A stretch of 63,521 nt of DNA, the filler included, from Octopus bimaculoides (lineage: Eukaryota), in the NCBI RefSeq assembly GCF_001194135.2. It is 7 parts of 6 records of this genome, joined end to end, with 100 filler letters (N's around TTAATTAATTAA, not from the genome) between each part and the next. Parts side by side here need not be neighbours in the genome. Positions count along the whole stretch, not along the records: positions 42,670 to 52,489 come from NC_069010.1; positions 52,590 to 57,256 come from NC_068986.1; positions 57,357 to 63,521 come from NC_068984.1; 4 more parts are not named here. One strand, written 5' to 3'. Below, piece after piece: positions 51,066-61,980 of this stretch (position 1 is its first letter; the number at the start of each line of letters is the position of its first letter). The notes below the pieces were generated by a model. That model ran no database searches. It was not told the DNA's origin and was given only the letters and a program-made list of their open reading frames with translations. A program made the translations under genes and the position numbers.

Positions 51066-51458
51066 ATGTATATATCTGTGTATTTGTCCCCACTGTTACT
51101 TGAGAACCAGTGTTGGTTTGTTTACATCCCTGTAACTTAGCAGTTCAGCAAAAGAAGCAGATAGAATAAGTATCAAGCTTTAAAACTTAATAAGTATGGA
51201 GCGGGGTTCATTGGATTAAAAACTATTCAAAGTGGTGCCCCAGCATGGCCATAGTCTAATGATGTAAAAGATATATGTTTTTGTGTGCACCCATGTCTTG
51301 ATATCGTGTGATATTTGTAAATGAGCGATGTTGCTTATTTCCATTCTTCCAGGCCCTTGTCATAATTGTTCTGCACCAAGTCAACTTCACATCATTGTCA
51401 ATCCATCTGAGCCATTAGAAAGTTAAATATTTCTATATTTTTCTCTGTGTTGTTTCAG

Positions 51459-51547
51459 AAATCTTGTTCCATGGAGAACTGTCTAAAAGACGTCTTGGTA
51501 TGTTCCTCTTATCGGAATTGATCAAGAAACCTTTGAACATTGAACAG
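51459..51547 (+). CDS. MYBBP1A: MYBBP1A-like internal exon 6
   Basis: gttgtttcAG|aa ATC...CAG|GTgtga; ILFHGELSKRRLGMFLLSELIKKPLNIEQ; phase 1/0. Confidence 0.75.
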
Positions 51548-51723
51548 GTGTGATTGATTTCTGTTTTTATTCATCATCATCATCACTTTTATAAATTGTT
51601 AAATTGTCTATTTACTAATTGATTATACCACTCTCACCATCACCCAACTCTATTCTTATTTCAAACACTTTAAGCCAGATCTTGTATTAGACATGTCTAA
51701 ATCACAGCTTGCATTAAATGTGT

Positions 51724-51952
51724 TTAACCTTTTAGCATTTGAACCAACCAAATCTGGTCCAAATATTCTCCATTTAACGTTGATACCAATGAGATCCAGC
51801 CTTTCACACCTATCTTACAATGTCCTTCTAAAACTAAACAATCACATCATTGAAATCTCAAAGCCATGAGATAATGCAGGATTAATTCTAGACAATGTGA
51901 ATAAATAAGGATTATTATATTTGACTGAGTAATCTTGATGCTAAAGGGTTGA
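51724..51952. mobile_element. piggyBac-like (TTAA) MITE
   Basis: TTAA-CCTTTTAGCAT ... ATGCTAAAGGG-TTGA. Confidence 0.7.
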
Positions 51953-52082
51953 ATCATATCTTGTATTGGATGTGTTTAAAGCAGAGGTTGTCATAAACAT
52001 GTTTAAACCATATCTTATACGAGACACTTTAAGCCAGATCTTGTATTAGACATGTCTAAATCACAGCTTGGATTAAATGTGT

Positions 52083-52311
52083 TTAACCCTTTAGCATTTA
52101 AGCTGGCCATATCCAGCCCAAATATTCTGCTTGTTTTATATTCAAACTGGTCATATCCTGCCACTTACACCTACCCTACAATGTCATTCTAAAAATAAAC
52201 AATCACATTATTGAAATCATGAAGTTATGAAGATAATCCAAGATTAATTCAAAATGATTTGAATAAATAAGGATTACATTTGACCGAGTAATCTCGATGC
52301 TAAAGGATTAA
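52083..52311. mobile_element. piggyBac-like (TTAA) MITE
   Basis: TTAA-CCCTTTAGCAT ... ATGCTAAAGGA-TTAA. Confidence 0.75.
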
Positions 52312-52334
52312 TGTCTGTTTTCTTTGTCTTCCAG

Positions 52335-52424
52335 CTTGAAATGCTTCTTTCCAAACACGTCTGCGAGATGGTCTTTACAGACTTGAAGTTCACCAACAAG
52401 GAACAGCCTTCAGCTCAAATGGTG
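52335..52424 (+). CDS. MYBBP1A: MYBBP1A-like internal exon 7
   Basis: tgtcttccAG|CTT...GTG|GTatgt; LEMLLSKHVCEMVFTDLKFTNKEQPSAQMV; phase 0/0. Confidence 0.75.
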
Positions 52425-52489
52425 GTATGTAACCCTTTCTCAGCTGTACCCCCGCCCCACCCCCCGTCCTAGCATTCCTGCTGGTCACT

Positions 52490-52589
52490 NNNNNNNNNNN
52501 NNNNNNNNNNNNNNNNNNNNNNNNNNNNNNNNNTTAATTAATTAANNNNNNNNNNNNNNNNNNNNNNNNNNNNNNNNNNNNNNNNNNNN
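52490..52589. other. Artificial scaffold spacer
   Basis: 44 N + TTAATTAATTAA (52534-52545) + 44 N. Confidence 0.95.
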
Positions 52590-53348
52590 TATGTATGTAT
52601 GTATGTATATATGTATGTATCGTATATACTTGCGTTAAACTTATATATATTTGCGTGCACATACATATGCACGTTTGAATAAATATCCTACCTTGCTCTG
52701 AAGAATGATTAAAGATGCTGTTATCTCAATAAATATATAGTTAGACAAGAAGCCATGATTAAATAGTTAATTACATAATTCATTAGTGCCTCCATGTCCC
52801 TGGAATTGTGGAAACGTTGTGCATATTATAAATGATAAACAGGTGCACAATTATAAATGAGCTATGCTGAGCTAACAATTCTGTAATGTCTTTCCTACAT
52901 AATTAATATGAACTATTCTAAACGGTTTGTGCTGCGTATTTCAGGCGTGGTATCTTTTCTTCTCAGCCGCTGGTCATCCCTGATTTTGTAGATTTTACGA
53001 TCAAAGCTATGCTAATCTTTAATATATAGGTTGATGGTGTTGTTTGCATTATCTTAATATTTTCTTGGGTTATTTTATTATTTAAAATGAAATTTAAGGT
53101 TTGATTCGTAGGAGAAATACAGTTGTTATTTCTAGTGCGTTGAAGGACCTGGTGGACGGTCCTTTCCTTGGCTCGCATGTTTGTGATGTGTCTACTTGGC
53201 AAAGCAAAAATCTTTGCATTACTGGATTATACATACATATATGAGTGCGTGTGTGAGTACGTATACACACACGCACACGCTGATGCACATACACATACAT
53301 AGATATACATATATGCATATTTATATACCTGTATACATATGTGTATAT

Positions 53349-54257
53349 ATCTACTACATAAGTGGGAAATTCTGTCTGTGTGTGTGTGTTTCTGGAGTTG
53401 ATAGCTAACTCCTTCTACATCGCTATATCGATTTTGATGAAACTAGACACATGAGTAGAACTTATGTCTGGAAAACTCATGGCATACTCAGATCGTTGAA
53501 AAAGTCGATATTAGGGCCCCTGGAAGGGATCCTTATATATATATATATCTCATATATTTCATTTTAAAAGTCAAGGGAAATAACCTATTCGCCCATATTT
53601 TAACAGCCAAGGGAAATAACCCGTACATTTTTCTAAATTATTTGATATAAATCAAATTGAATATGCTTATTTCTTAGTATTTGAAATGTTAGAGTTATTT
53701 TTGCAATTTATCTAATACAACCCTTAAACAAGTAAATAGTATTTTCCTAAACAATAGATCCACTTATTTTGGTTAAGGAATTATTCACGAATATACCAAC
53801 ACTAGCGCCGCTGAGGGGAACATTCTCTGGAAACGCACAAAAGCTCGCTTCAGAGTTATTTACTTTGAATTATTATTATCTCATATCTAATTAGCCTGTT
53901 ATTACGTAACATGCTTCACGATTTTAGTATACATAACTTATTAGTATTTCCCCCTATGTTCTATATACACTGGGAATGCATTAAAGCCCCTTTCGGGACT
54001 ACTTTAATTGAATTCTTGCTATCGGGTAACTAATTTCATATTATTACATAACTGACTTCACAATTTGGGTATTCAGAACTTATTGGGAATTCCTAAAAAC
54101 AAGATCATGTATAAGACAGTTCGGTATTCTCTGCGCAAAAACCGTTTTAAGGTCTACATACTTTGTATTGTTGTAATTGAATTAGGGAAACAACTATGAG
54201 AACGGAACCAAGGGATAAACCCCGTTTGCCCGGGAATTACCGAGTAGTCAGCTAGTA
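53349..54257 (-). mobile_element. Non-autonomous Helentron/HINE-like element (second copy, ~910 bp)
   Basis: Reverse complement starts TACTAGCTGACTACTCGGTAATTCCCGGG and aligns along 41427-42218, with one extra segment. Confidence 0.65.
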
Positions 54258-54300
54258 TATGCATATGCATAAGTATGCACACAGACAGAGAGACAGACAG

Positions 54301-54335
<35 letters not shown>

Positions 54336-54408
54336 CACACAGACACACATACACACACACACACATACATATATAAGTTGTAAATTGCTTGAGGCATTTT
54401 GATATCGA

Positions 54409-54660
54409 AGAATGTAAAAAGAGAAAATAGCTTCTAACCATGTGGAAGTTTATTAAAATCTTTATATTTTGGGCTCAAACTCCCATCTTCAGAAGAAAAG
54501 GGTCAGTCTCAGAAAAGTCTAGATTTGTAGGACCCTAAATATCTGGACTTTTGTAAGACTGTCATTTTCTTCTGAAGATGGGCTGTTGACCCCGAAATAT
54601 AAAAGTTTTAATAAACTTTTCACATTATCAGTAGCTGTCTATTTTCTCTTTTTACATTCT
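54409..54660. repeat. 252-bp imperfect palindrome (fold-back)
   Basis: 22-bp perfect outer arms (54409-54430 and 54639-54660); the arms align in to a centre near 54530. Confidence 0.9.
54568..54605 (+). ncRNA. Minimal type-I hammerhead ribozyme motif (family H2): intact core, weak stem I
   Basis: TCTT-CTGAAGA-T-GGG-ctgttgac-CCC-GAAA-TA-T-A-AAAG; palindromic ATAT stem III. The mirror copy at 54459-54496 (minus) has an intact TCTT/AAGA stem I but G12 changed to A. Confidence 0.55.
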
Positions 54661-55128
54661 AATGATTGTGTGTGTGTGTGCGTGTGTGTGTGCGCGCGCG
54701 CGTATGTGTGTGCGCTGCATGACCTCACGTGCACAAACATATACGTATAAGTAAATACACATTTGGAAATACTCCTTGTAAGTTATAAACCGGTACTTAA
54801 TGAAACATTACAATATTCTCAGCCGCTTATATCATTGCCATGTAGGAATGCAGAACTGTGTTTATAGTCTATAACTGTTTTGTTGTGCAAGCAGTCCCAC
54901 CCTGGCGTTGTTAATGGTTTTACATCGTTTCTTTTCTATCATTATGCATTCTATTAGTAGAGCTTTCCTTTAATTCTGTGTGTGTTACATTATTTACCTT
55001 ATTTGCATTTGACGGATATTTGTCCTCATCTTGTTTGTTGTTAACACAACGTTTCGGCTTCAGCCCTTAATGAGAAGTCTTGGGGAAATTTCGAACCCGA
55101 GTTCTCATTGCTAAGGTATATGCAATAT

Positions 55129-55198
55129 GCCCGTGACGTAGTGGTTAAGAGTGCGGGTTACTAACCTCAAGATTCCTAGTTTGATTCCAGGCAGTGAC
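55129..55198 (+). promoter_or_regulatory. tRNA-derived Pol III (SINE-type) head
   Basis: A box TGACGTAGTGG (55134-55144); B box GTTTGATTCC (55179-55188, one mismatch to GTTCRANNC). Confidence 0.7.
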
Positions 55199-55199
55199 T

Positions 55200-55300
<101 letters not shown>

Positions 55301-55357
55301 CATAGTAACATCGAAAAATACCTTAGGAGTGAGAACCCAGGTTCGAAATTTCCCCAA

Positions 55358-55403
55358 AACACCTGATGAAGGCTGGCGGGCATATCAGCCGAAAGGTTGT
55401 GTT
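55358..55403 (+). ncRNA. Minimal type-I hammerhead ribozyme motif (family H3)
   Basis: AACAC-CTGATGA-A-GGCTG-gcgggcatat-CAGCC-GAAA-GG-T-T-GTGTT. Stems I and II are each a perfect 5 bp. Stem III reads AGGT here and ACGT in the inverted arm. Confidence 0.75.
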
Positions 55404-55963
55404 AACAACAAACAAAACGAGGACAAATATCCGTCAAATGTAAATAATATAAATAATGTACATAATTCCTCATCTCTTAAATATAAAACAGTATGTGTGC
55501 TGTGAGTTATATAGATGTACCCTGTGTGTTTGCGTGTTTGCTATTGTATTGAAGTTGTCCTATACTGTATATTGATTGTACATAAACTGGTTATATTTGA
55601 AATGAAAGAAAAGAGTTTTAAATTTGATATGTGAACTTTTTTCTATTTGTTTCATTATTTTAGCAACTCCTTCAATAAATATTGTGACTGTTATATTTTT
55701 CGTTATACATACAATGCTTATTTCCATTACAAAACTCTTACGTTCGATAGTTAGTCTATATTTTTCCTGGTTATCTTTTCATTCTAGTACGAGCACGCAG
55801 ATTCTCGCTTCCATCCTTGACATTTATATACTAACATGTTCGCTAATGTATCTTCTGGCCGAAAGTAAATTGACCAAACATTTCCCTTTTAGGCTAAGCT
55901 GTAATCAAACTCTTTAAGTTCCACTTGAAAGGAAATTTGAGTATGAAGTGCGAAAGAGAGATT

Positions 55964-55971
<8 letters not shown>

Positions 55972-56036
<65 letters not shown>
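55972..56036. repeat. (GATA)n microsatellite
   Basis: Direct reading. Confidence 0.95.
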
Positions 56037-56037
<1 letters not shown>

Positions 56038-56390
56038 CACAGATGTAAGTATAAAGAAATAGATGTAACGTTGATTTTGAGAATAGTGAAAACGACCCAT
56101 AGGAATTGATCTCAATATGTTCATGTCAGTAGAAGAAAATCGGGAGAAAGGCATTTGTTTTCGTCAGTCTAAGTCATATTGGTTTTAAAGTTTTCCTTCC
56201 ATGGGGCCCCAGATGACTGATCTTCTGTTGGTATGAGACGTTTCAGTTCTTTTGCAATGCCTTCCTTCCATTTGCTTTTGGTAAACGATTCATCAAAACT
56301 CGGCGAAGAGATTTTTCTTTTCTAATTCGTCTTTTTAATGTTTCTTCATCAGATTCTCTTGCGTTAAATGAAATAAATTATCAACATTTT

Positions 56391-56688
56391 CCTCCTCATC
56401 ATCATCATCATCTTCGTCGTCGTCATCGTCGTTATCATCCTCATCATGATCATAATCATTATAATCATTGTCGTAGTCGTCGTCGTCATACTCATCTTCG
56501 TCGTCATTCTCATCTTCGTCGTTGTCATCATAATTATTATCATCGTCGTCATCGTCGTCGTCGTCATCGTCATCGTCGCCGTTGTCATAGTCATCATCAT
56601 CACCGTCGTCGTTGTTTTGGTCATCATCAGCGTCGTCGTCGTCGTCGTCGTCGTCGACATCATCATCACAATCATCACCATCACCATT

Positions 56689-56732
<44 letters not shown>

Positions 56733-56777
56733 TATCATCATAACCACCATCATCATCACCATCAACATCACCATCAC

Positions 56778-56842
<65 letters not shown>
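56391..56842. repeat. Compound (CAT/CGT)n trinucleotide tract (~450 bp)
   Basis: Direct reading; explains the poly-M/I/T ORFs. Confidence 0.95.
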
Positions 56843-56849
56843 CTATTCC

Positions 56850-57066
56850 AGGCGACAGGCTGGCATAATCGCCACCGCGAATGATATAATGCTTAGCATC
56901 ATTTCTTCCGTCTCTTCGTGTTCTGAATCCAAATTCCACCCGGGTTGACTTTGCCTTTCATCTCTTTCGGGCTTCATAACATAAGTACCAGTTGAACGCA
57001 AGTTTCAATGTAATCGATTAGCTCCCTCCATCAAAGTTTCAGGCCTTGTGCCTATAGTAGAAACAA
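56850..57066 (+). mobile_element. SINE family B, diverged
   Basis: aggcgacaggctggcataatcg...gactttgcctttcatc...taagtaccagttg...ggccttgtgcctatagtagaaa. Confidence 0.7.
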
Positions 57067-57256
57067 TTCTTTTTTTTAATATATTTTATCAATAACATCA
57101 TCATCATCATTACCATTATCTTCATCCATATTATGCTCATCTCGCTTTACTCGGTTTTGTCAAAAACAAATGGTTTCGTTTAAATGCTTTTGTAAAGAAA
57201 ATTAGTAATACAAAAATAATATCAAATATCTTGATTTGTTTAACATTTTCAATTTT

Positions 57257-57356
57257 NNNNNNNNNNNNNNNNNNNNNNNNNNNNNNNNNNNNNNNNNNNN
57301 TTAATTAATTAANNNNNNNNNNNNNNNNNNNNNNNNNNNNNNNNNNNNNNNNNNNN
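57257..57356. other. Artificial scaffold spacer
   Basis: 44 N + TTAATTAATTAA (57301-57312) + 44 N. Confidence 0.95.
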
Positions 57357-57399
<43 letters not shown>

Positions 57400-57402
57400 A
57401 TA

Positions 57403-57542
57403 TACGACGGGCTTCTTTCAGTTTCCGTCTACTAAATCCACTAACAAGATTTTGGTTGGCCCAAGGCTATAGCGGAAGTCACTTGCCCAAGGTGGCACAC
57501 AGTGGGACTGAACCCGGAACCATGTGGCTCGGAAGCAAGCTT
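57403..57542 (-). mobile_element. SINE family A 5' half
   Basis: tacgacgggcttctttcagtttccgtctactaaatccac...gtgggactgaacccggaaccatgtgg. Confidence 0.85.
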
Positions 57543-57559
57543 CTGTATTTCTTTTAGAT

Positions 57560-58900
57560 TGCCTTAATTGCAGTACATAAAGGGGGGACACTACTACACA
57601 TGTGGGGACATATAACAATTAAAATTAAAATATGATGCTTTGAATGACACATGAAAATGAACAAGAAAAACATTAAAATGAAAATATTAAAATAATGATA
57701 CATGAATGATAACTGAAAAATGAGAATATGAAGAATATTTTACTTACCATACACTGAGTAACACCACTCGCCACCTCTGAGTCCTGAGTTCTCTTTAGTC
57801 TTTGATCTAGTCTTTCATTTACCGTTTTCCACATCGCTGAGTGACAACACTCTCTCCTCCTTGTATACGTAACCTTTTTCACCGGAAGAGGGGTCTTGTA
57901 AATTTGGTGGTGTCTGTTTCTTCTTTTTTCCTGTGGGGAGTGGGGTTGGGTAGGTCTGGTGTCTGTGTAGGGAAGGTGTGTCTGAATGGTCTTTGGTGGG
58001 GTGGATTTCATTGACTGTCCTTCCTCTTCTTTCTTTTTTCCTTTTATTCTCTGTCACTGCCCATTCAACCTCCTTGTTCCTTCCATCTATCTGTACTTTT
58101 TTCTTTTCTCCTCCGTCTCTACCACCGCTTCTTCTGTCGTTTTTATCTGCAGAAGGCAGTTCGCTCAAATGTGGCCCTTTTGGCCACATTTAAAACATCG
58201 TGGGATTCTGCTCTCCACCCACACTCTTAACATAATCTCTCCCAACGTCACCGTCTCCGCCAAATTCTCCAATTGCCTCTTCTCGGACTGTATAATGAGA
58301 TCCAGTGTTTTTCATCTCCATCCTCCGCCACCGTTTATATGGCTTGGAGTACAGCCACCTCCCCCTCACTTCCAACGAGGACGGCTGCCGCAACCCAAGC
58401 CACTTCTATATCAGGTGGAATTCCTTTTACTCTCACCTTAGAAATCTTTCTTCCAAGGTAGAGGGTAGAAGTACCATTTTCTCCGTTTTTACAGTTGTGC
58501 TCGCCAGCCTCTTTGCCTCCTCCGCTGTCCTAAACTGGAAACCACCGTCCCATATCAATTTCCTTTCGCTATGTATGTCACTTCCTTCGAAAGCCCTTTC
58601 AATGCTTTTTCTACTTTTTCCATCTCCATCCGCTCCACCTTCCTACTCTCCACTGAGTACACCTTGTAGGTAATGGTCTTGTTTTCCATATTTTCCATAA
58701 CCCTTTTCGGGGGTAATAACTTTATGTCACCGCCCACCTTCTGTGTCATCTTACTCAACTCCTTCAGTTCGGCTAGGTCCACCTCTCTGCAGCCTCAGCA
58801 AAACTCTTTACTCTTTCCGAATGCTCGTCCATTCTATTTACTGCCTTAACGAGCTCCTCCTCCGCTGCAGACAGGTTTTACTCGCTCGTAATTGATGATA
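57560..58900 (-). mobile_element. Tx1/L1-like gag-type ORF1 remnant with a zinc knuckle; no ORF2 follows
   Basis: Minus-strand PRCFKCGQKGHI*ANC (C-x2-C-x4-H-x4-C), upstream ORF pieces at 58555-58782 and 58190-58393, then a K/R-rich tail and an AT-rich 3' region. Confidence 0.6.
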
Positions 58901-59529
58901 ACACTATCCAGAGCCAGTAGGTTGAATTTTATGAGTCAAGGATAAACAAGGCAAAAATAATACGAATATCTCATTTACTATTAGGAATACAATACACACA
59001 CACATTTAGATATATAGTTAAAGAATGTAGGTATAATTCTAATAAGAATATACTTAACAGCCTGGTTCTTGAATATATTTCTAAATATTTCCAAAATCAA
59101 CATCTCATACGTGTTCCATATAATTCTAAGCGAACAATAAAGATACAAAAAATGTATCTACGGTATTATTTTCATGACATTATTTGTACATTATGAATGA
59201 ATTTTCCTTAATATTTTATTTTGTCTTTGTTTGATATTTGCATCACAATTTAATGTCCTGAGTACTCAGAACAGAAGCGTTCAAGTGACTTTCTGGGATG
59301 GAATTATCAAGTTTTTGACCAATTTTTACGTTCCCTTGTATTATCTATATATTTATGCATAAACCCAACGCTGTGCAGCGTCTTCATAATCCTTGTCACT
59401 GATTACATATGAAGATGTATATCTCCATATGCTTATTTATAAATAAATCAGCTTTCTTCATAGAAGATTCACAACGAGTTGATAGAGTGGTTCGAACGAT
59501 AATGCATAAGTGTAGCAAAAAATGCTAAG

Positions 59530-59640
59530 TAGTCGCTGGAGCGTCGGTTACGATATTCATTTCGATTCTCTACGCTATGAGCTCGAATTCTGCGAAGTCA
59601 ACTTACCTTTTGTATTCGATAAAATAAAGTATCAATCCAG
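59530..59640 (+). mobile_element. SINE family B, highly diverged
   Basis: gagctcgaattctgcgaagtcaacttaccttt...gataaaataaagtatca. Confidence 0.45.
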
Positions 59641-60961
59641 AACAATAATTTGGCATTGTTGAATTCTTAGAGAATTGAACGCTCTGCCTTTCGGCATTTA
59701 TTATGGCTATTTGCATTCTAACATTTTAGATTTAATGCTACAACATAATTCATGTGTGTCGTTTGCGGAGTCCACATGTATACCACATTTTCGGCGTGAG
59801 AAAAATTTCTTTGCTTTCTATTACACACGGAAGTCATTAAAAAAAGAAACGAAGGGTCATTGTTATTGCTCTTCTCTTTCTCATTAAGGGGGAAAATAAT
59901 TTAATTCTAATGTTGTATGATATTATACTGTTGGCATTAGTTTGTCAAACATATAGGAAGAGATGTCAATCAACCTTCGTTTATAAAAAGAGTTGTATTA
60001 TTTCGACATGGATTTGCAGTGTGTTTTCAGAAATTCGTTCACGTGCCTACATGCAAAATAAACTGCGCTTCCAAGAGCATAATCGCAAAGGAGAAGCACT
60101 CATCAAAAATTGCTTTAATTATTTTCAGTGATCTCGGCATGACGTTGGCAGGTGTAGATACAGCAGTGATTCGACATTCTAAATCATGCATTCACAAAGG
60201 ATATGCATTTCTAATTGAGATATATCTTATCAAAAACTATTTAATTCATGAAGATCTCGGAAACGAATCACTCTTCTGAAGTATGGCAATCTTGCCTCTT
60301 TCAATAACCATAGCATATATGAAGCAATCAGTATTGCACCATGCCATTCATGCACATGAATGACATTAGCCAAAGCTGTACACTCTCTCATGACCTCAAA
60401 CAATTTTCAACAGTCTAGAAGTGCCAAATCTCTATCTAAATTGTAAAAAGAAACGCCTCTTAGACGGTCAGTCAGTACATCAGCTATAAAGCTCAAATGT
60501 GCCTCACATTAAAATACAGTCTACACATCTGAAATGTGAATGACAAATGCGACAAGTCCGTTTTAATTATAAGGTAAGAATTCAACATATATAGAATTAA
60601 TACAACAATTTACCTATGTCGCCCTTTGGCTTTCGGCATATCTAAACTACCGATATGAAAACCCTCTTTAACAAATTCCCGTCCTTTCACTTTCATCTGT
60701 CTCTTCTGACATTAATTGTGGCTCCTCTCCAGAACCGTTCTTTTGTAAACTGAGATTACATATATTATCTAAATATATTATCTAAAATGATAGACTTCTG
60801 CAATTTACATTTCTTATGATATTTTACCTCTTGGCATTGGCGAGAAATTGTTAAATTAAGAAGGATTGGCATCAAGCCATAATTTGATGGGTGATCTAGT
60901 AAGAATGTATGCATGTTTGTTTATATATATATATATGCATATATATAAATATGCATATATA

Positions 60962-61002
<41 letters not shown>

Positions 61003-61572
61003 NNNNNNNNNNACATATATACACACTCACACACACACACACACACACACACATACATATATATATATTCATACATATATATACACATATATATATAAAT
61101 ATATATACACATATATACATATATACACACATATATATACATATATATATATATAATGGTATTGATATCTAGAAGGCCCAAAGTATGGGAAGTAACGCTA
61201 AGTGCTATTATAAACATACACATCTTCCCACCCCCATTTATCCACAAATACTACCAATACATTCTCAAATTTTCATTCACACCAAAGACACTTTCGAATG
61301 AGCAATACAGAATCCATGGCTCCATACTTTGAAATAAATAAACATGAACTACTGTTTGAACTTACATACCGTGTACAGGAAACTTTTACCACTTCTATAC
61401 ACCACTTCTTTACGGCACTTGCAATGGAATTGCAACTATATCTTCATATATTTTATCTTTTTATTTATAATTTCATTCTCTTATTTCCCTCTATATTCCT
61501 TATCGCCTCATTTTTCATAATAATTCCTTATTTCAAACTCAAATATTTACCTCAATTTAACCATCTCACATC

Positions 61573-61620
61573 GACTCTGATGAAGGGATATCCATAATAT
61601 CCCAGGAACAGCTGTAAGAC
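61573..61620 (+). ncRNA. Degenerate type-I hammerhead motif (family H4)
   Basis: GACT-CTGATGA-A-GGGATAT-ccata-ATATCCC-A-GGAA-CAGCTG-T-A-AGAC; 7-bp stem II; palindromic ACAGCTGT stem III; GAAA changed to GGAA. Confidence 0.6.
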
Positions 61621-61688
61621 TATATCTATATCTTGTTCCTTATAAATGTCCTGAAAACTCCTCTCAGCCTTGGCTTTTTCTTATTTTG

Positions 61689-61736
<48 letters not shown>

Positions 61737-61807
61737 ATTTACTTTGCGTAATGAGATAAAAAAAAAACCCAAGGCTGTGTAGATTTTCGAACATTTATAA
61801 ATAGAAG

Positions 61808-61855
61808 GACTTACAGCAGTTTTCAGGATATTTATTATATCCCTTCATCGGAGAC
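61808..61855 (-). ncRNA. Degenerate type-I hammerhead motif (family H4), second copy
   Basis: GTCT-CCGATGA-A-GGGATAT-aataa-ATATCCT-GAAAA-CTGCTG-T-A-AGTC; U4 changed to C. Confidence 0.55.
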
Positions 61856-61980
61856 GGTGTGAGGAGATGGTTAAGCAATAGTTAATTTAGATAAGATACG
61901 AAATAGAGAGTGAATTGGAGGAACGAAAATAGATGTGAGATATTCAGGGATATTGTATTTGTAAATCCGTTATTTACATA

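Noticed and set aside
51353-51421. Acceptor-like TTCCAG followed by a short open frame
   Set aside because: It would leave a 37-nt intron to exon 6 and adds nothing matching the protein.
53030-53235. Hydrophobic frame broken only by TGA codons (possible mitochondrial insertion)
   Set aside because: No resemblance to any mitochondrial protein I recognise; AT-rich sequence gives such frames by chance.
55129-55198. Functional tRNA gene
   Set aside because: No complete cloverleaf or acceptor stem, and the B box is mutated. It is treated as a SINE-type head, as are the heads of families A, B and C.
56364-56939. Poly-M/I/T/V ORFs of 140-191 aa
   Set aside because: Translations of a (CAT/CGT)n microsatellite; the same applies to the YI/CV/HT-repeat ORFs throughout.
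59650-60300. Several 70-86 aa ORFs in unique sequence
   Set aside because: No recognisable motifs and no consistent splice-site chain.
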